From NCBI GenBank assembly GCA_964016885.1, contig OZ024745.1:61690001-61754000 (forward strand): DNA of 64,000 nucleotides. Direction: 5' to 3'. The DNA is from Eledone cirrhosa (lineage: Eukaryota). A program made the translations under genes and the position numbers. Positions 61,203-64,000 of the stretch are shown here, piece after piece; within the stretch, counting starts at the first letter, position 1; the number at the start of each line of letters is the position of its first letter. Under the pieces are notes generated by a model. The model saw only the letters and a program-made list of their open reading frames with translations. It was not told the DNA's origin and searched no databases.

Positions 61203-61470
61203 AAAACTTCTTTATATTAAACATTATAACTTTTTCCTAATGGAGTATAAACGAAAATCTTTTTTGAACTTCCATCATATGATCATCCAACATACAATTG
61301 TCCATGAGAGAAGCAAACCAGTTACTGATAATGTGTGTCTCTGAGATTTGTTTACGGACATTACAAACCATAGTCTAATTGGAAACTGTACTCTTTTAAA
61401 TTGTATTGGTAAATCAGTAGGTATTGATGGAATTCTTGGAATTAATGCATTATCACCTGCTCCACATCGA
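61203..61470 (-). pseudogene. Helitron RepHel Pif1-helicase C-terminal fragment
   Basis: Manual translation: LIPRIPSIPTDLPIQFKRVQFPIRLWFVMSVNKSQ..CFSHGQLYVG..IFVYTPLGKSYNV*YKEV. Confidence 0.85.
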
Positions 61471-62649
61471 GATATACATGATCACAGCTTAAAATAAAGA
61501 CTCACAATTCGTCCGTATTGATATATAGAGCTGACTAAGTGAAACATAGTTCAACCATGAAATACACTAATTTAGTAATTCTTCAAATGTATTTTAAAAT
61601 CAGTTGAATCAGATAAAAATCCAATATATAAGATACTGATCAAATATTACCTGATTATTAAGCTAATCGAATTTAAGGTTAATTGTCCGGAAAAGTTGAA
61701 ACGTCTTATTTGCTTATCCCAAACATTTAAACGTGTAACATTTATTAAGAAGGTAATTATTTGTCTGATATTATTTTATCAAGAATTCCTTTTTTCTCTA
61801 CAGTGCATTAGCAGAAATATTGTAAAAATGTGAATGAAAAATGTTTGCCACCCTAATGAATCGTGACTGTCACAGATAATAACTATTTCACGTGTTATCT
61901 CAGGCAAACGCTGTGCTGTTTCCATGGCGAAGGCATATAATTGTCATTAAGTTATTCATATTGTTGCTATGCTGAATAGATTAATTTATTACAATAAGCA
62001 GCTGGTGTAAAGTATACTTATACTTCGATAGCTTTTAATGCTCAGGCATTCATTAGAATTTACACAGGATATAATTAATAGGTTTATCACCAATACGTCA
62101 ACATTTATACCCACATAAACGAATATTTAACAATCTCATTGAATATAAGCGTAAGTACTGGTGTGCAAATTGCAAGTAGACATGTTAAAGGGCATAGTAA
62201 TTCATACAGCTATAAGCCGTTCAGTTACTTGTGGCTAAATGTTTAACATTGCATTGTAAAATTAGATTATGATTTTGCTTAATATGAAGACGGGCAATTG
62301 ACGGAGGCTGGATTAGAGCGGCTCACAAAATGCTTTGCACTATTCCAGCTCTTTGTGATCTGTGTTCAAATTCCGCCGAAGTTATCCTAGCGTCGCAACA
62401 TTTCAAGGGCCATTAAATAAGGTACCAGTGCAAAGGGCGGACAGTTGGCGAGATCGTTTGAATGCAGGACGGTTTACGGTATTTGTTGCATCATTTTGCA
62501 TTAGGAGTTCCATACCTGTCATGGCACCACCCATCCCCCATGGAAAGGATTGGAGTATCATCATGTACACATCCTTAGTTAACCACGAGATCCATGGTAA
62601 TCAAACTGATAAGAGTATGCGATACCTGGTGATGTTGATGATGATTACG

Positions 62650-63300
62650 ATAACATATTGAAAAAGAAAGTTTGTTTAAATTTAAACATTATCCAATATT
62701 TATCTCTGGTAGTTTTTCGGTATTCAGCATGACGTGTACTGTAGAGATTTGCAATTTTAGTAATATCTGTCGTTTTATAATATGATAACATCACCAAACT
62801 CCTTCTTATTCTGTTACATTTACAGCCTTTTCCAAATGTATCATTGAAAAACAACTTTTATTTTTTATGTATCCATTTGTTTTAACTTGCATTTATATAT
62901 AGAAATATTTGTATTATGTTTGCAAATGTAGATAATGTAATGTCATTTTCTCTAAAACTACGCATTATAAAACTGCTTTATGCGGTGGTTATTCTTTTGT
63001 TTTCAAAATAGTAATATTTCTGTCTGTCTAAGTATTCTTCATATTTTCTGATCATATGTGATACATTTCTCTTTATGTTACTTGAGGATTATCTTGTGCC
63101 ATTTGAGTTATTTTATTTGTTTCATGTCGTAAAACATTTTTCACCTCTTCAAGTTTATTCTTACAGTCTTCCTTTCTTCATAAGCTGTCCTTTTCTTTAA
63201 CATCATGTATTGATTATTTAATCTCAAAAGCTTCCATGACCAAATAAACACAAACGTATGAGAAGAGATTCAACTCACGTAGATCTGATACTTTACTGGA
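62650..63300 (-). mobile_element. Possible decayed L1-like ORF2 fragment
   Basis: K/E/N-rich coding-like sequence; GDVIIL..DITKIAN resembles an RT N-terminus. Confidence 0.3.
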
Positions 63301-63875
63301 AATTCGCATCCAGCTTAGTGCTGTGGCTTAAGGATCATAATTCCCTGTTGTACTCACTGGTCAAGACACTAAATTAAACTGTTGAAAATATTTAGTTGTA
63401 TATAGGTATTGCTGTAGGGTACTGAAAACAATTATAATAAGAATTCTGAAAAGGCTGACTCACTCAAAATGACATTCAAAGTTTCAGCATGACATTCAAA
63501 GTTTCATTTATTAAATAGCTATGGTAGACGTGATGGGCGGAACTCATTACTCTTTTCAGGGACATTGACATGTGAGAGGAAACCTGTTTCAGAGTGAAAG
63601 TTATCCTCAGGGAACCTAAACATCATTGAATCTCTTAAGAGTTAAGTCGGCAAAGGATTAACTCTACACCAATCCATTGTTATCTACGAACATAATTAAA
63701 TGCAATAACACCTGACCCCTCAATAAGGTGTTTATGCCATTGGCTTGTCAACGGTGAACTCAGTCCACACGGTATCAAGGTATTACATACATATACCTAC
63801 GCGTAATTGCCATTCTCCCTACATAATGTATGCAACTTTCAGAAATATTCCCCGACTATATACTCCAACAAATCT

Positions 63876-63978
63876 AATCTGACATATAGATGTTCTCCGA
63901 AATCTGACATATAGATGTCCTCCGAAATCTGACATATAGATGTCCTCCGAAATCTGACATATAGATGTCCTCCGAAAT
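63876..63978 (+). repeat. 25-bp minisatellite x4
   Basis: aatctgacatatagatgt(c/t)ctccga. Confidence 0.95.
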
Positions 63979-64000
63979 AAACCATAAGTTCTATAACCAG

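Overview
AT-rich, microsatellite-dense eukaryotic repeat DNA. The SINE/LINE complement suggests an invertebrate, probably an octopus-like cephalopod (inference). I recognise no intact host gene; most listed ORFs are translations of (TA)n/(CA)n tracts. The window is dominated by Penelope-like retroelements (PLEs: RT with a YRDD motif plus C-terminal GIY-YIG endonuclease, mostly Naiad-like, one Neptune-like) inserted in (TA)n. About a dozen type I hammerhead ribozyme (HHR) motifs from roughly nine families are readable by eye, some with non-canonical cores. Non-coding derivatives include a tandem two-HHR retrozyme-like element with a possible internal promoter (52.4-53.4 kb), four short palindromic elements inverted inside HHR stem II, and a head-to-head fusion of two PLE clades. 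Also present: two tRNA-derived SINE families, fragments of RTE, CR1, R4/Dong and L1/Tx1 LINEs, Helitron remnants, a perfect 193-bp palindrome at a SINE junction, and a 200-N gap. All assignments are by eye; boundaries are approximate.
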